Shown: positions 46,183 to 56,180 of the stretch, piece by piece
Numbering within the stretch: position 1 is the first letter of the stretch
Layout: every line of letters starts with the position of its first letter
From: Candidatus Moraniibacteriota bacterium
Lineage (GTDB): Bacteria > Patescibacteriota > Minisyncoccia > Moranbacterales > UBA1568
Direction of reading: 5' to 3'
Length of the DNA: 64,000 nt
Assembly (NCBI GenBank): GCA_963743885.1
Contig: CAVURJ010000001.1
Span: forward strand, 438,321 to 502,320
The notes under the pieces: model-generated
Database searches by the model: none
What the model saw: the letters and a program-made list of their open reading frames with translations, nothing else
What the model was told of the DNA's origin: nothing
Translations under genes and position numbers: made by a program

Positions 46183-47433
46183 TTATACTTCCAGCGTATT
46201 GGTCTCCGCTACCTTCCCATACTCGAACGCACTCGGGCGGATGGTACGGGTTTGGGTAGCGTAGTCGACATGGACGAGACCGAAGCGGAGCCAGAATCCA
46301 TGGGCGAGTTCGAGATTGTCAAGGAGTGACCAGTAGAAGTAACCACGCACGTCGACCCCGGCCTCTATGGCGCGGTGGAGGGCGGTGAGTGCTTCGGGGA
46401 TGAAACGCTGTCGCATCTCATCGGACGCGTCCGCGATGCCGTTTTCTGTGATGTAGATCGGTTTGCCGTAGCGGGTGAGCTCGACTAGGGCATGATAAAG
46501 CGACTCGGGATGATACTCCCAGCCGAAGTCGGTCTGTTCTTTGTTCGGATTTTTGTTGAAGCCGTTGTCGATGACATTTCTATTGTAGTGATTGAGGCCG
46601 ATGAAGTCCTGGTGGTCCTTGATGCGGTTGATGAAGAATGAATTCCAGCCCCAGTCGGCGAGCGCCTTGAGAAGATGATTGATGAAGGTTGGTCGGGCCA
46701 TTTCGAAGTAGATCTGATGTTTGGCGATGCCGACCTGCGCTCCTGGGAAACGCTGTTTGATGGCTGTGTAGGCGAGACGATGGGCAGCGGCGAGACGGAA
46801 GAGCGAGAGGAGAAAGAGCCGCGGGCATTTCTCCTGTGGCGGCCAGGCACCCTTGAGGTAGGCATATCCAGCATGAATATCTGGTTCATTGAGCGTAACC
46901 CAGAAGGTGACTTCGAATCCGAATTCCTCAGCCATTTTTTTTGCGTATCGTGCAAAGTATTCTGGGAATTTTTTTGATGTGATACCTCCTTCTTTTGCGA
47001 GCCATTGTGGGATATAGAAGTGAAGTAGCGTGACGAATGGTTCCATACCGTGTTCACGGAGTGCATGGATCACTTCGCGATAATGCTCTATTTCTTTCTC
47101 ATCCCATTTGCCTTCTTCTGGTTCTATCCGAGACCACTCGATGGAGAAACGATGGGCGTTGTGATGAAGTTTTTTTGCAATGTCAAAATCCTCACGGAAG
47201 CGGTTATAGTGATCGCATGCAATGCCGGCGATGTAGTTTTTCGGATTGGTAGCCTCTTGCTCGAATTTTTTCCAATTTGGGTTCCACCAAAAAATATTCT
47301 TGGAGTTTTTTGCGCGCGCATCTGCCGTCCGGGGTTCCCACTCACCCCAGTCGTTTTTTGTATTGCCTTCGACTTGGTGAGATGAGGTGCCAGCGCCCCA
47401 GTAGAAGTTTTTCGGAAAGTTGAGCTGGGACAT
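46183..47433 (-). CDS. GH1-family beta-glucosidase
   Basis: N-terminal FPKNFYWGAGTSSHQVEG; catalytic acid/base TLNEP and nucleophile YITENG motifs; about 416 aa. Confidence 0.9.
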   Translation of the reverse strand: MSQLNFPKNFYWGAGTSSHQVEGNTKNDWGEWEPRTADARAKNSKNIFWWNPNWKKFEQEATNPKNYIAGIACDHYNRFREDFDIAKKLHHNAHRFSIEWSRIEPEEGKWDEKEIEHYREVIHALREHGMEPFVTLLHFYIPQWLAKEGGITSKKFPEYFARYAKKMAEEFGFEVTFWVTLNEPDIHAGYAYLKGAWPPQEKCPRLFLLSLFRLAAAHRLAYTAIKQRFPGAQVGIAKHQIYFEMARPTFINHLLKALADWGWNSFFINRIKDHQDFIGLNHYNRNVIDNGFNKNPNKEQTDFGWEYHPESLYHALVELTRYGKPIYITENGIADASDEMRQRFIPEALTALHRAIEAGVDVRGYFYWSLLDNLELAHGFWLRFGLVHVDYATQTRTIRPSAFEYGKVAETNTLEV

Positions 47434-47591
47434 AGAGCGGGGGAGATAAGTGATAAGAGATGAGTGATGTAAGAAAAAGCAGGATACGAATCCTGACTGG
47501 ATTGTAGCGCACTCCAAACAAAAAGAAAAAAGCCTTGCGCGGATATTGCCGCAAGGCTTTCTTAGGGGTCCTGGGATCAGGACGGGGGTAG

Positions 47592-48050
47592 CTAAGAGAG
47601 ACTGATTTCCTTCAGCTTCTGTCGAATGGCCTCGGCGAGCTTGCTGTCGTCGATGCCGCCGCCCTTGGCTGGATAGTGCTTCTTGAGGTAATCCCACATG
47701 TCGTTGCCGTCGTGGATTTGCAGTGGGTCCTCGTCGCTCGCGAGCAGATGGAGCATGAATGGCAGCATGCCGGCATGGATACCGGCGGAAGCCGTGAGGT
47801 GCATCGCGAGTACTGATAGCCACATATGGTCACGAATCGAGCTGACCACCAGGGATTCGAAGTTCGGTGGCACCTTCTTCAGCCGTTGGTGACTGGCGCA
47901 GCGGCCCCTCTTGTAGTAGGCACATCCGGTGGTGCAAGGAAGGATACACGGCAAGCAAAGATCAGACTTGTGTATCGGAGGAACTGGGTCGTGATTGTTC
48001 TGCTGGAGTAGGCAGTGTTCTATTGCGGATGCAAAAACGGAAGTTATCAT
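47592..48050 (-). CDS. Cys-rich hypothetical protein
   Basis: GAGGAGAGG 4 nt upstream of the ATG on the minus strand; cluster CLPCILPCTTGCAYYKRGRC. Confidence 0.5.
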   Translation of the reverse strand: MITSVFASAIEHCLLQQNNHDPVPPIHKSDLCLPCILPCTTGCAYYKRGRCASHQRLKKVPPNFESLVVSSIRDHMWLSVLAMHLTASAGIHAGMLPFMLHLLASDEDPLQIHDGNDMWDYLKKHYPAKGGGIDDSKLAEAIRQKLKEISLS

Positions 48051-48384
48051 GAAACCTCTCCTCGAAGTTGAGAAAATCGATCTGTTGTTAAGCCTGTCGA
48101 GGGGTATTTCCACATGACCGTATATTATGCATTAAAAAATATGTACTGTCAATGATATTTGATAAGAAAATTGACTTTTTCCCTTAAATAGGGTATTTTT
48201 GCAGTGGTATACTAGAAAAAAATACAGGATACAAAGCCCGAAACCTGGATCCCGGGTCCCTCCAAAGGCGGGCAGGCAATCCCAGGATGATATCGGAGGT
48301 GTTGGTTTGTGTTTTGAAAATTGAGTTTTGAGTTTTGCTTGGTTTTTGTGATTTGTAAGTTGTGTTTTCTCTGTCTGCAGAGCT

Positions 48385-50082
48385 ATGGATCCAAACTTTC
48401 ACTTTCCTGACCCGAAAACCACCGTTCCGAGTGAGCGCCGCGTGCAGCGCTTCTTCGAGCTTATCCCGGGAACCATGACGTGGACGACGCTCCTTGGCAT
48501 GCTCGTCCTCTCGTACTTCCTGCCGGTGTGGGCGGCGATCTTCGTTGTTGTCTTTGATATCTACTGGATTCACAAGGCACTCTATATCTCGCTCTTTTCC
48601 GTGGCGGGCAATTATGACGTGAACGAAGGCAAGCGCATCGACTGGTGGGACCGTTGCCAAAATATCGCGCACCCGGAGGCGTACAGCGAGATCCTCAAGA
48701 CTCGCATCAAGAGCATCTATGATGGCATGCGGGAGATGCCGATCTTCGCGCTTCGCAATCGTCGCACGGCGATGCGGGAGATCAAACGCTTGAAGAAGAT
48801 CCGCCGCGAGACCCGCGTGCTCATCCCGATAGAGGACAAGATCATGGACTGGCGCGAGGTGGTCCATGTCGTGCTTCTGCCGACAGCAGGGGAGCCGGCC
48901 GATGTCATCGAGCCTGCCATCCAGTCGCTCGCGGAGAGCAATTTCCCGAAGGAGCAGATGATCATCCTCCTTGCGACCGAGGAGCGCGAGGATCCGGAGA
49001 CGCGCCTGCCGAAGGTGGAGTATCTCAAGAAGAAGTTTGACGGCGTGTTCCGTGATTTCCTTGTGACGACGCATATCGTCGAGGCGGGAGAGATGAAGTG
49101 CAAGGCGTCCAATGCCGGTTTCGCGGCACGCGAGCTCATGAAGTACCTCGATGAGCGCGGTATCGACTACAAGCGTGTGCTCTTCTCGAACTTCGACTGT
49201 GACAGCGTAGCGCACAAGGAATACTTCGCGGCGCTCACCTATGAATACATCATCGATCCGAAGCGTCTGCAGCGTGCGTATCAGCCGCTCCCGATGTACC
49301 ACAACAATCTCTGGGATACCAACGCCTTCGTGCGTCTCGTGGTGACCGGCTCGTCCTTCTGGCACCTGTACCAGTCGACGCGCAAGGAGATGGTGACCTT
49401 CTCGTCGCACTCGGAGCCTTTTGATACCTTGGTCAAAGTCGGCTTCTGGCCGGTGAACATGATCAGTGAGGACTCGGTCATCTATTGGAAGTGCCTCGCG
49501 TACTATCATGGTGACTACCGCGTGCAGCCGATCCATCTGCCGATCTCGCTCGATGCGGTGCTCGCGGAGACATACTGGAAGACGCTCAAGAACCAGTACA
49601 AGCAGAAGCGCCGCTGGGCCTATGGCATCGAGAACTTCCCGGTGACGATGCGCGCCATCTGGCCGGACAAGGGGATCAAGTTCTTCACGAAGGCTCGTAT
49701 CACCTTCGAGATGCTTGAGGGCCACTACTCATGGGCGACGACGTCCTTCATCCTGACGTTCCTCGGCTGGCTGCCGCTCGTTTTGGGTGGGTCGGCATTC
49801 CGCCAGAGCGTGCTTGCGCACAACTTGCCGTTCATCACGGAGACGCTCATGACGGTCGGCATGATGGGTCTCTTGGTCTCTATCCCGATGTCGCTCCTGT
49901 CGCTGCCGCCGCGGCCCAAGCGCTACCATTGGTCACGGCATTTCCTGATGCTCTTCCAGTGGATCCTCATCCCGCTCGTCGGATTTCTCTCGGCATTCCC
50001 GGCCATCGATTCACAGACGCGCATTCTCCTCGGTAAATACTTCGGTGAGTTCTGGGTGACGGAAAAAATGCGGAAGAATTAG
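48385..50082 (+). CDS. processive family-2 glycosyltransferase (cellulose/hyaluronan-synthase-like), multi-TM
   Basis: GT-A core with DCD (SNFDCDS) and Q(Q/R)xRW motif QYKQKRRWAYG; N- and C-terminal TM bundles. Confidence 0.85.
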   Translation: MDPNFHFPDPKTTVPSERRVQRFFELIPGTMTWTTLLGMLVLSYFLPVWAAIFVVVFDIYWIHKALYISLFSVAGNYDVNEGKRIDWWDRCQNIAHPEAYSEILKTRIKSIYDGMREMPIFALRNRRTAMREIKRLKKIRRETRVLIPIEDKIMDWREVVHVVLLPTAGEPADVIEPAIQSLAESNFPKEQMIILLATEEREDPETRLPKVEYLKKKFDGVFRDFLVTTHIVEAGEMKCKASNAGFAARELMKYLDERGIDYKRVLFSNFDCDSVAHKEYFAALTYEYIIDPKRLQRAYQPLPMYHNNLWDTNAFVRLVVTGSSFWHLYQSTRKEMVTFSSHSEPFDTLVKVGFWPVNMISEDSVIYWKCLAYYHGDYRVQPIHLPISLDAVLAETYWKTLKNQYKQKRRWAYGIENFPVTMRAIWPDKGIKFFTKARITFEMLEGHYSWATTSFILTFLGWLPLVLGGSAFRQSVLAHNLPFITETLMTVGMMGLLVSIPMSLLSLPPRPKRYHWSRHFLMLFQWILIPLVGFLSAFPAIDSQTRILLGKYFGEFWVTEKMRKN

Positions 50083-50095
50083 ATTTACGATTTTT

Positions 50096-50115
50096 CCTGC
50101 CTGCCGGCAGGCAGG
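50096..50115. repeat. perfect 20-nt palindrome CCTGCCTGCCGGCAGGCAGG
   Basis: Self-complementary; same family as 31461-31480. Confidence 0.75.
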
Positions 50116-50292
50116 GATTTTAGAATAGAATGCAAGAAGGAAAGATAAGAGAAGAAGATTTTTGATTCAATACAAGAAAAGCCCCGTCCTTCGGTTGAAG
50201 GGCGGGGTTTCGTTTCGTGCGGTTCACACGTCGTGGAGATGCGAGAGGAGCGGTGGAGTAGCCACGGGCTCGAGGCTATCGCGCAGGATCTC

Positions 50293-50676
50293 CTAAATCG
50301 GCCGTTGGAGCGGAGAGATGTAGAAACGGCGAGGATCCAGTTTGCCGAATAGACCTGGGGTCGCGGCTTCTGGAATGACGTCCTTGTCTTCGAGGTCGGT
50401 AATGCCGGCGACGAACTTCTCGACGAAGCTGAAGAGAGAGCGGTTGATGCCATCGGGCTGTTTCACGAAGAATGAGATCATCCCGTTGTCGTTTTTGACC
50501 CGGAGGTCAGTCGCGCGGATCTCGAAGCAGGCCGTAGACCGGCCTCGCCAGATCATTCCCGTGATGAAGGTCGTAGAGTAGAGGATGCCCGGTTGTCTTG
50601 GGAGGAATACGAGGCCGGGGTTGATGAACTTGCGCTTTTCATCGAAGTACAGCTTGAAACCGTTGTGTTCGGCCAT
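50293..50676 (-). CDS. hypothetical protein (127 aa)
   Basis: AAGGAG 6 nt upstream of the ATG on the minus strand. Confidence 0.55.
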   Translation of the reverse strand: MAEHNGFKLYFDEKRKFINPGLVFLPRQPGILYSTTFITGMIWRGRSTACFEIRATDLRVKNDNGMISFFVKQPDGINRSLFSFVEKFVAGITDLEDKDVIPEAATPGLFGKLDPRRFYISPLQRPI

Positions 50677-50767
50677 GATGAGCTCCTTGGGTTGTTGGAT
50701 GAACTGGATTATTTGTATCAGAAATGGCTTATTTATGCAACTATCCTGTATTTACCACCTTTTGACC

Positions 50768-50798
50768 CTTTACAAAACCGATAAAAGGGTGTATAATG
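50768..50798 (+). promoter_or_regulatory. strong sigma-70 promoter TTTACA-N17-TGtATAAT (extended -10)
   Basis: Consensus -10 with upstream TG and 17-nt spacer; drives gene 50859..51230. Confidence 0.55.
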
Positions 50799-50858
50799 TA
50801 TTGTTTAGTTCTTTAAGTGTGAAGTTTTGTCCAACGTTTTTTCTCGAGGGAGAGAAAG

Positions 50859-51230
50859 ATGGAAATGCTGCAAATCGAAGTGGTCCGCGTCCTGGGTAAC
50901 GGTCGTCAGATCGTGCGTCAACAAGTGATTGACGTGCCGGCTAAGAAGTACCAGTCTGACGCGTTGTATCCGCCGTATCCGATCGTTCGGCGCCAGCGTT
51001 CTGCTCAGTCGTTGCATCGTTTGAACGAAAAGTCGTTGTGCGGCAACTCCGGCTATGTTCTTCATACGACTGTCGCATCGAAGCGCATCCAGCCGATGAG
51101 TCCGGAGTACTACGACAGGCAGCAGCATACCCTCTCCAGGCAGTATCAGAAGTCTGATGCACAGCGGGGGAAGGAGCAGCGCAAGCGGGTCCATAAGCCG
51201 GACTACCGGCACGTGGATGTCTACCACTGA
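50859..51230 (+). CDS. hypothetical basic protein (123 aa)
   Basis: GAGGGAGAG RBS; R/K/Q/Y-rich sequence. Confidence 0.5.
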   Translation: MEMLQIEVVRVLGNGRQIVRQQVIDVPAKKYQSDALYPPYPIVRRQRSAQSLHRLNEKSLCGNSGYVLHTTVASKRIQPMSPEYYDRQQHTLSRQYQKSDAQRGKEQRKRVHKPDYRHVDVYH

Positions 51231-51324
51231 TCGGTAGGCAAGCGGCAAAGAAGGGGTTTGTCTGGAATACAGATGAACCCCTTTAAAATTCCCTAAATCC
51301 TCCCATATTATTTTTTTCTTTACG

Positions 51325-51362
51325 TATCACTATAATTGTGCGGTCGTCATAAAATAGTGATA
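51325..51362. repeat. 38-bp direct repeat copy 1 with internal 9-bp inverted repeat (TATCACTAT-N20-ATAGTGATA)
   Basis: Identical copy at 52054-52091; the two copies flank the PaaX-like gene. Confidence 0.8.
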
Positions 51363-51438
51363 TACTGAAAACGTAAAAATAACGTAAAAATAGAGAAAAT
51401 AAAAAATATAACGGTGCTAATGATATATACAACGATGT

Positions 51439-52032
51439 ATGAACAAGAAAAAAACAGCATCTCAGAAAACGGCAAGACTGGAAAAGATCAATCTTCAGGG
51501 TATTGTTCTTGGGGCGGTGGGATTAGCTGGTGTGATGGCAATCGCACTTGCTGCGCCGAACGCTCTTCAGGCAATCAAGGTATTTCGTAATTTCGGCGAT
51601 GCGAAGGTGAGAACCCGGTATCGATATTCGGTAAATACGACAATTAGACGTCTTCAGAAGAAGGGACTGATTGCTGTTGAACAGCATGGTGGAAAACCAT
51701 GCTACCGTCTGACAGAGCGGGGAGCTCTCGAGCTTGTCCGATATAAGATGAAAGAGAAGACGATTACGCGGCGACGTTGGGATGGAAAGTGGCGTGTTGT
51801 TATTTTTGATGTAAAAGAAGACCAGCGTACTATTCGAAACCGGATCCGGACGATGCTTTTTGAATTCGGTTTTGTCCGCCTACAGGATAGTGTCTGGGTG
51901 TCGCCGTATGAATGTGAAGAAGTGATCCAGCTTTTGAAAGCGAAATGTCGGATCGGTAAGGATGTGCTCTATATCACCGCTGAGAAAATCGAACAGGACG
52001 GTTTTTTGCGGAAGCACTTTGATCTGAAATAG
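51439..52032 (+). CDS. PaaX-like transcriptional regulator (Cas2-like fold C-terminal domain) with an N-terminal TM segment
   Basis: WDGKWRVVIFDVKEDQRTIRNRIRTMLFEFGFVRLQDSVWVSPYE matches the PaaX_C pattern (W.g.W..v.fdv......R......L...G...lq.SVwvsP). Confidence 0.6.
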   Translation: MNKKKTASQKTARLEKINLQGIVLGAVGLAGVMAIALAAPNALQAIKVFRNFGDAKVRTRYRYSVNTTIRRLQKKGLIAVEQHGGKPCYRLTERGALELVRYKMKEKTITRRRWDGKWRVVIFDVKEDQRTIRNRIRTMLFEFGFVRLQDSVWVSPYECEEVIQLLKAKCRIGKDVLYITAEKIEQDGFLRKHFDLK

Positions 52033-52053
52033 CATTTTTTTTGTTTTATTGCA

Positions 52054-52091
52054 TATCACTATAATTGTGCGGTCGTCATAAAATAGTGATA
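52054..52091. repeat. 38-bp direct repeat copy 2 (TATCACTATAATTGTGCGGTCGTCATAAAATAGTGATA)
   Basis: Exact copy of 51325-51362. Confidence 0.8.
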
Positions 52092-52190
52092 CGTTGGTAA
52101 TAAAAAATTAGGGAGATTGAGAAGGATAAAAGGACAAGAAGGGGAAAATAAGGAGAAAAAATACGGACAGAGAATATAGGGAGAAGGTGG

Positions 52191-54278
52191 TTACTCCAAG
52201 TGGATTTTTTCTTCGAATTTCTGGAGAGCATCGCGGAGGAGCGGATGCTCTTCGAGCCGTGGATCAGATTTCAGGATGGCCGCAGCTTCATTCCGTGCGA
52301 TAGTGATGAGCTTCATGTTGGTGAGGTTCTCCATGGCGATGTCGGGGAGGCCGGACTGGCGTGTGCCGAAGAAGGCACCGGGTCCGCGGAAGGCGAGATC
52401 AGCTTCTGCGATATCGAAGCCGCTTGTTGTCTTTGTCAGGACTCGCAGTCTTTCGTTGCTAGCAGCGTTTTTGCCTGGCAAGAGAAAGCAATAGGACTGG
52501 TGTTCGCCTCGGCCGACGCGGCCGCGGAACTGGTGAAGCTGCGAGAGGCCGAAGCGCTCGGCTTCCTCGATCATGATGATAGTGGCGTTCGGCACGTCGA
52601 TACCGACCTCGACGACTGCGGTCGCGACGAGAATATCGTATTTCTTCTCATGGAAGTCGCGCATGACGGCTTCTTTTTCTTTTGCCTTGAGTTTGCCGTG
52701 GAGGAGTCCGATGGAGAGGTGCGGGAAGACATCCTTCGCGAGACGTTCCTGTTCGGCGACGGCGGCCTTCACGTCCTTCATGGCCTCGGATTCTTCGACG
52801 AGGGGCAGGATGACGAAGGCCTGGCGACCTTTCTGAGCCTCGCTTCGCATGAACTCATAGACCTGTTCGCGTTTTTTGTCCGTATCGGCGAGCCGGGTGA
52901 TGATCGGTTTCCGGTCTCGCGGCATCTCGTCGAGGATCGAGACGTCGAGATTGCCGAAGAGTGCGAGCGTGAAGGTGCGCGGGATAGGGGTAGCAGTCAT
53001 GGTCAGGAAATGACTCACATTTTGAGGTGTCGCATCGTGGACGGTCAGTACCGTGTCTTGGAGCTTCGCACGCTGGGCGACGCCGAAGCGGTGCTGCTCG
53101 TCGACGATGATGAGTGCGAGATCGCGGAAGGCGACGTCATCTTGGAGGAGGGCATGCGTACCGACGACGATGTCGGGGATGCCGGCGCCGATCGCTTTGA
53201 GGAGCGTGGGGCGGGTGACGGTGTCTCCATCCAAGATGCGATAGCTGCCCGTGAGGAGTGCGACGCTGTGTCCGGTATCGGCGAAGAGTCGTGAGAGGCT
53301 CTCGAAGTGCTGCCGGGCGAGGACTTCGGTCGGGGCGAGGAGCGCGGTCTGTGCTCCTTCTTCGGCTGTGACGAAAGCCGCGATCGCGGCGACGGCGGTC
53401 TTGCCACTTCCCACGTCACCATTCAAGAGTCGGTTCATCGGGTGGGTCGCGGAGAGGTCGGAGAGGATCTCACTCGCGGCTTTTTCTTGCGCTCCGGTGA
53501 GCGTGAAGGGGAGTGAGGCTTTGAAGCGTGCGAGCGCGGCGTCGTCGAAAGGGAGCGATTTCGCTTGCGCGGTCTCGAAGAGCGATCTGACTTGGAGCGT
53601 TTTCATCTGCACGAGGAGCATCTCGTCGAAGGCGAAGCGTTTCTGGGCGATGAGGCTATGCTCTGTGTCTTTGGGGAAGTGGACGTAGAAGAGAGCTGTT
53701 TTGAGCGAGGGGAGATGAAGCCGCTCGAGGATCTCCGCGGGGACGGGGTCATGGAAATCAGCGATCTGGGGGAAAAGCTCGGTGATCTGCCAGCGGAAGA
53801 ATTTGGACGTGAGGCCGGCGGTTTCGGGATAGACCGGGACGAGACGGCCGGTGTGGGTCGCATCGCGGGCGGAGCGTTCGACGGCCGGGTTTTGCATGAG
53901 GAAGCCGTCGCGGTCGCGCGAGACCTTGCCGCTCATGCGGACTACCATGCCGTCTTTCAGCATCTGCGATACGAAGCGCTGGTTGAACCAGAGAGCGCGT
54001 ATCCGGCTGCCATCTGTATCCTCGATGACGGCTTCGGTCAGGAACATTCGCTTCTTGAAAGTGCGGCCAGCTTCGATGGAGACGACCGTGCCGAGGATGG
54101 TGCAGCGTTCATCGGGGACGAGTTCGACGATTGGGCGGATGGCGGAGTAGTCTTCGTAGCGGTGCGGGAAGTGATGAAAGAGATCGCGCACGGTGAAAAT
54201 ATCCAGACGTGCGAGCTTCGCAAGCGTCGGTTGCTTGATGGAGGTGATTTGGGAAAGCGGGGTGTCAAAGGGGAGCAT
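52191..54278 (-). CDS. recG: ATP-dependent DNA helicase RecG
   Basis: N-terminal helix-hairpin-helix (LARLDIFTVRDLFHHFPHRYED); wedge domain; helicase motifs GDVGSGKT, DEQHRFGV, TATPIPRT; start chosen at MLPFDTPL; the ORF-track N-terminal extension is rejected. Confidence 0.9.
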   Translation of the reverse strand: MLPFDTPLSQITSIKQPTLAKLARLDIFTVRDLFHHFPHRYEDYSAIRPIVELVPDERCTILGTVVSIEAGRTFKKRMFLTEAVIEDTDGSRIRALWFNQRFVSQMLKDGMVVRMSGKVSRDRDGFLMQNPAVERSARDATHTGRLVPVYPETAGLTSKFFRWQITELFPQIADFHDPVPAEILERLHLPSLKTALFYVHFPKDTEHSLIAQKRFAFDEMLLVQMKTLQVRSLFETAQAKSLPFDDAALARFKASLPFTLTGAQEKAASEILSDLSATHPMNRLLNGDVGSGKTAVAAIAAFVTAEEGAQTALLAPTEVLARQHFESLSRLFADTGHSVALLTGSYRILDGDTVTRPTLLKAIGAGIPDIVVGTHALLQDDVAFRDLALIIVDEQHRFGVAQRAKLQDTVLTVHDATPQNVSHFLTMTATPIPRTFTLALFGNLDVSILDEMPRDRKPIITRLADTDKKREQVYEFMRSEAQKGRQAFVILPLVEESEAMKDVKAAVAEQERLAKDVFPHLSIGLLHGKLKAKEKEAVMRDFHEKKYDILVATAVVEVGIDVPNATIIMIEEAERFGLSQLHQFRGRVGRGEHQSYCFLLPGKNAASNERLRVLTKTTSGFDIAEADLAFRGPGAFFGTRQSGLPDIAMENLTNMKLITIARNEAAAILKSDPRLEEHPLLRDALQKFEEKIHLE

Positions 54279-54361
54279 GACTTCATTATATACTAGTGGC
54301 TTTTTTGTGCTAAAAAACAAGCCCCTCACACGCAGCGTATGCGGGAGGGGCGAGAGGGGGG

Positions 54362-54877
54362 TTAGCGGCTGCGCACTTTGCGCGGGAGCGAATCCCGAGT
54401 GTACCGCATGGTAGTCGATTGCAGCGGAGCTCGTTGCCAATCTTCGGGAAGGCTGGCGAGTGTTTCCATCCGCACGTGGGTGATATTGATGCCGACGCCG
54501 GTAGCGATCGCTCGCAGTTTACTCACGATGGTGAGGAGATCCTCGCCAGATAGGCGCTTGTGCTTTTTGCCAATCTGGCCGATCAGTATTGTCGGAGAGC
54601 CGCCGCCGAGGAAGGCATAGCCGAAGGAGTACTTGCTGAGATCATTGAAGAGCATGGCGCCGATGAAGTTGCTGCGTTCTTTCGGCGCGAGAGCTTTCTC
54701 GGTCCGGATTGCGAAGAATGCCGGGCCGTCATTGTTGACGTGGATGAAGCTTACCGCAGTATGTGGCTGCTGATAGCTGACTGGATCCTGGCGTTCCCCC
54801 CCAGTCTCCTGATGGCAGGAAACGGAGCGATGCGGGACAAGTCCGGACAGGATTCCTCTTTGGCCATCAATAATCAT
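54362..54877 (-). CDS. hypothetical protein (171 aa)
   Basis: AAGGAAG 7 nt upstream of the ATG on the minus strand; terminator-like hairpin between it and recG; the ORF-track 5' extension overlaps the aminotransferase gene and is rejected. Confidence 0.5.
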   Translation of the reverse strand: MIIDGQRGILSGLVPHRSVSCHQETGGERQDPVSYQQPHTAVSFIHVNNDGPAFFAIRTEKALAPKERSNFIGAMLFNDLSKYSFGYAFLGGGSPTILIGQIGKKHKRLSGEDLLTIVSKLRAIATGVGINITHVRMETLASLPEDWQRAPLQSTTMRYTRDSLPRKVRSR

Positions 54878-55012
54878 AAATCTGCTTCCTTTCTTCGGTT
54901 GTCGATGAACTACCGACGGAGAATACCCCAAATATATGATTTTGTCAATGCCTCGCTTCCGGGGCGGATTTTCCGTATAATGCCTATATCGTAATATCCT
55001 GAGCCCTCCATC

Positions 55013-55858
55013 ATGTCCGAATCCAAGAATCTCATCTGTTATTTCGACGGCCGGTTCCTGCCGCTGTCTGAGATTGTGCTCAGCCCGTATGATCTTGGCT
55101 TTCTGCGTGGGTATGCCGTCTTTGATGTGATGCCTATGGAGAATGGCAAACCATTTCTTTGGGAGAGGCATTTTGATCGGCTCGTCCGTTCGGCAGCGCC
55201 GCTCGGTCTCTCGGTACCAGTGGATAAGGAGGTTTATCGGAACATTCTCGATGAGCTCGTCGCGCGCAATCCAGGAGAGCGTCTTTCGTTCCGGACCGTG
55301 CTGTCTGGTGGCAAGAGCATGGATAGTTTCGTGCCACAATCAGGAGCGGAGACGTTCCTCGTGCTCGCCGAGCCGGCGCATACATATCCGAAAGAGATGT
55401 TTGAAGATGGTGTGAAAGCGATCACGCTCGAGTATGAGCGTCCGCTGCCACAGGTAAAGCTGGCGAACCATGCTATCGCTATCAGTGATCTGCCGCGCCG
55501 CCGCGAAGCCGGGGCTTTTGAAGCGATCTATGTGAATAGCGGAGAGATATCGGAAGCATCGCAGAGCAATGTCTTCATTGTGAAGGACGGGAAGCTTTCG
55601 ACGACATGGGAGAATGTGCTCCATGGCATCACGCAGGGGCTGGTGCTCGAGCTCGCCGAAGCTGCGGGCATCGTGGCAGAGAAGCGACGAGTCATGCTTG
55701 TTGAGCTACTTTCGGCTGATGAGGTGTTCATGACAGGATCGAGCAAGCGTATCGTGCCGGTGGTGCGGATCGACGAGACAGTGATCGGTGCGGGTACTCC
55801 CGGACCGGTCACGCGGCAGCTCTTGCAGGCGTTTGATGATTTCGCGAAGGCGTACTGA
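55013..55858 (+). CDS. class IV aminotransferase (branched-chain amino-acid or D-amino-acid aminotransferase)
   Basis: Fold-type IV signature ...EASQSNVFIVKDGKLSTTWENVLHGITQ...VFMTGSSKRIVPV. Confidence 0.85.
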   Translation: MSESKNLICYFDGRFLPLSEIVLSPYDLGFLRGYAVFDVMPMENGKPFLWERHFDRLVRSAAPLGLSVPVDKEVYRNILDELVARNPGERLSFRTVLSGGKSMDSFVPQSGAETFLVLAEPAHTYPKEMFEDGVKAITLEYERPLPQVKLANHAIAISDLPRRREAGAFEAIYVNSGEISEASQSNVFIVKDGKLSTTWENVLHGITQGLVLELAEAAGIVAEKRRVMLVELLSADEVFMTGSSKRIVPVVRIDETVIGAGTPGPVTRQLLQAFDDFAKAY

Positions 55859-55933
55859 CGAAATATCCTGGAAGCTTCTTCTGTTTGCCAAGAAGGAGGG
55901 CTTTGAGTACTATGAGAAGGCTGTGCGGATAAT

Positions 55934-56005
55934 GCGCTCGTCGTATAACGGATAAGACATCTCCCTCCGAAGGAGAAAACGCAGGTTCGACTCCTGCCGA
56001 GCGCA
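55934..56005 (+). tRNA. tRNA-Arg (anticodon CCG)
   Basis: Acceptor GCGCTCG/CGAGCGC; anticodon stem-loop TCTCC-CTCCGAA-GGAGA; T-arm GCAGGTTCGACTCCTGC; D-stem has one mismatch. Confidence 0.75.
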
Positions 56006-56180
56006 CAAAGTAAGTGAGGAGCATGCCAACTGCTTGGCATGCGCCAGGAGGAGAAAGTCGGAGCCCTGTCCGCGATAGCGGACGGCGAGACGGGGTCGAG
56101 AGGCTGTGAAAGCAGAACTCGTGACCGATTCCTGCCGAGCACACATGAACGAAGTGAATGGGCCGAGGAGCGAGTAAACT

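Noticed and set aside
48184-49725. 513-aa ORF on the minus strand
   Set aside because: Lies entirely antisense to the well-supported GT2 glycosyltransferase gene; Arg/His-rich composition typical of high-GC antisense frames; no RBS.
52200-53294. 364-aa plus-strand ORF and several 60-250-aa ORFs inside recG
   Set aside because: All are antisense or out of frame relative to RecG, whose helicase motifs are unambiguous.
54878-55339. N-terminal 154-codon extension of minus-strand ORF 54362..55339
   Set aside because: Overlaps the class IV aminotransferase gene on the opposite strand; an internal ATG at 54877 has a good RBS.
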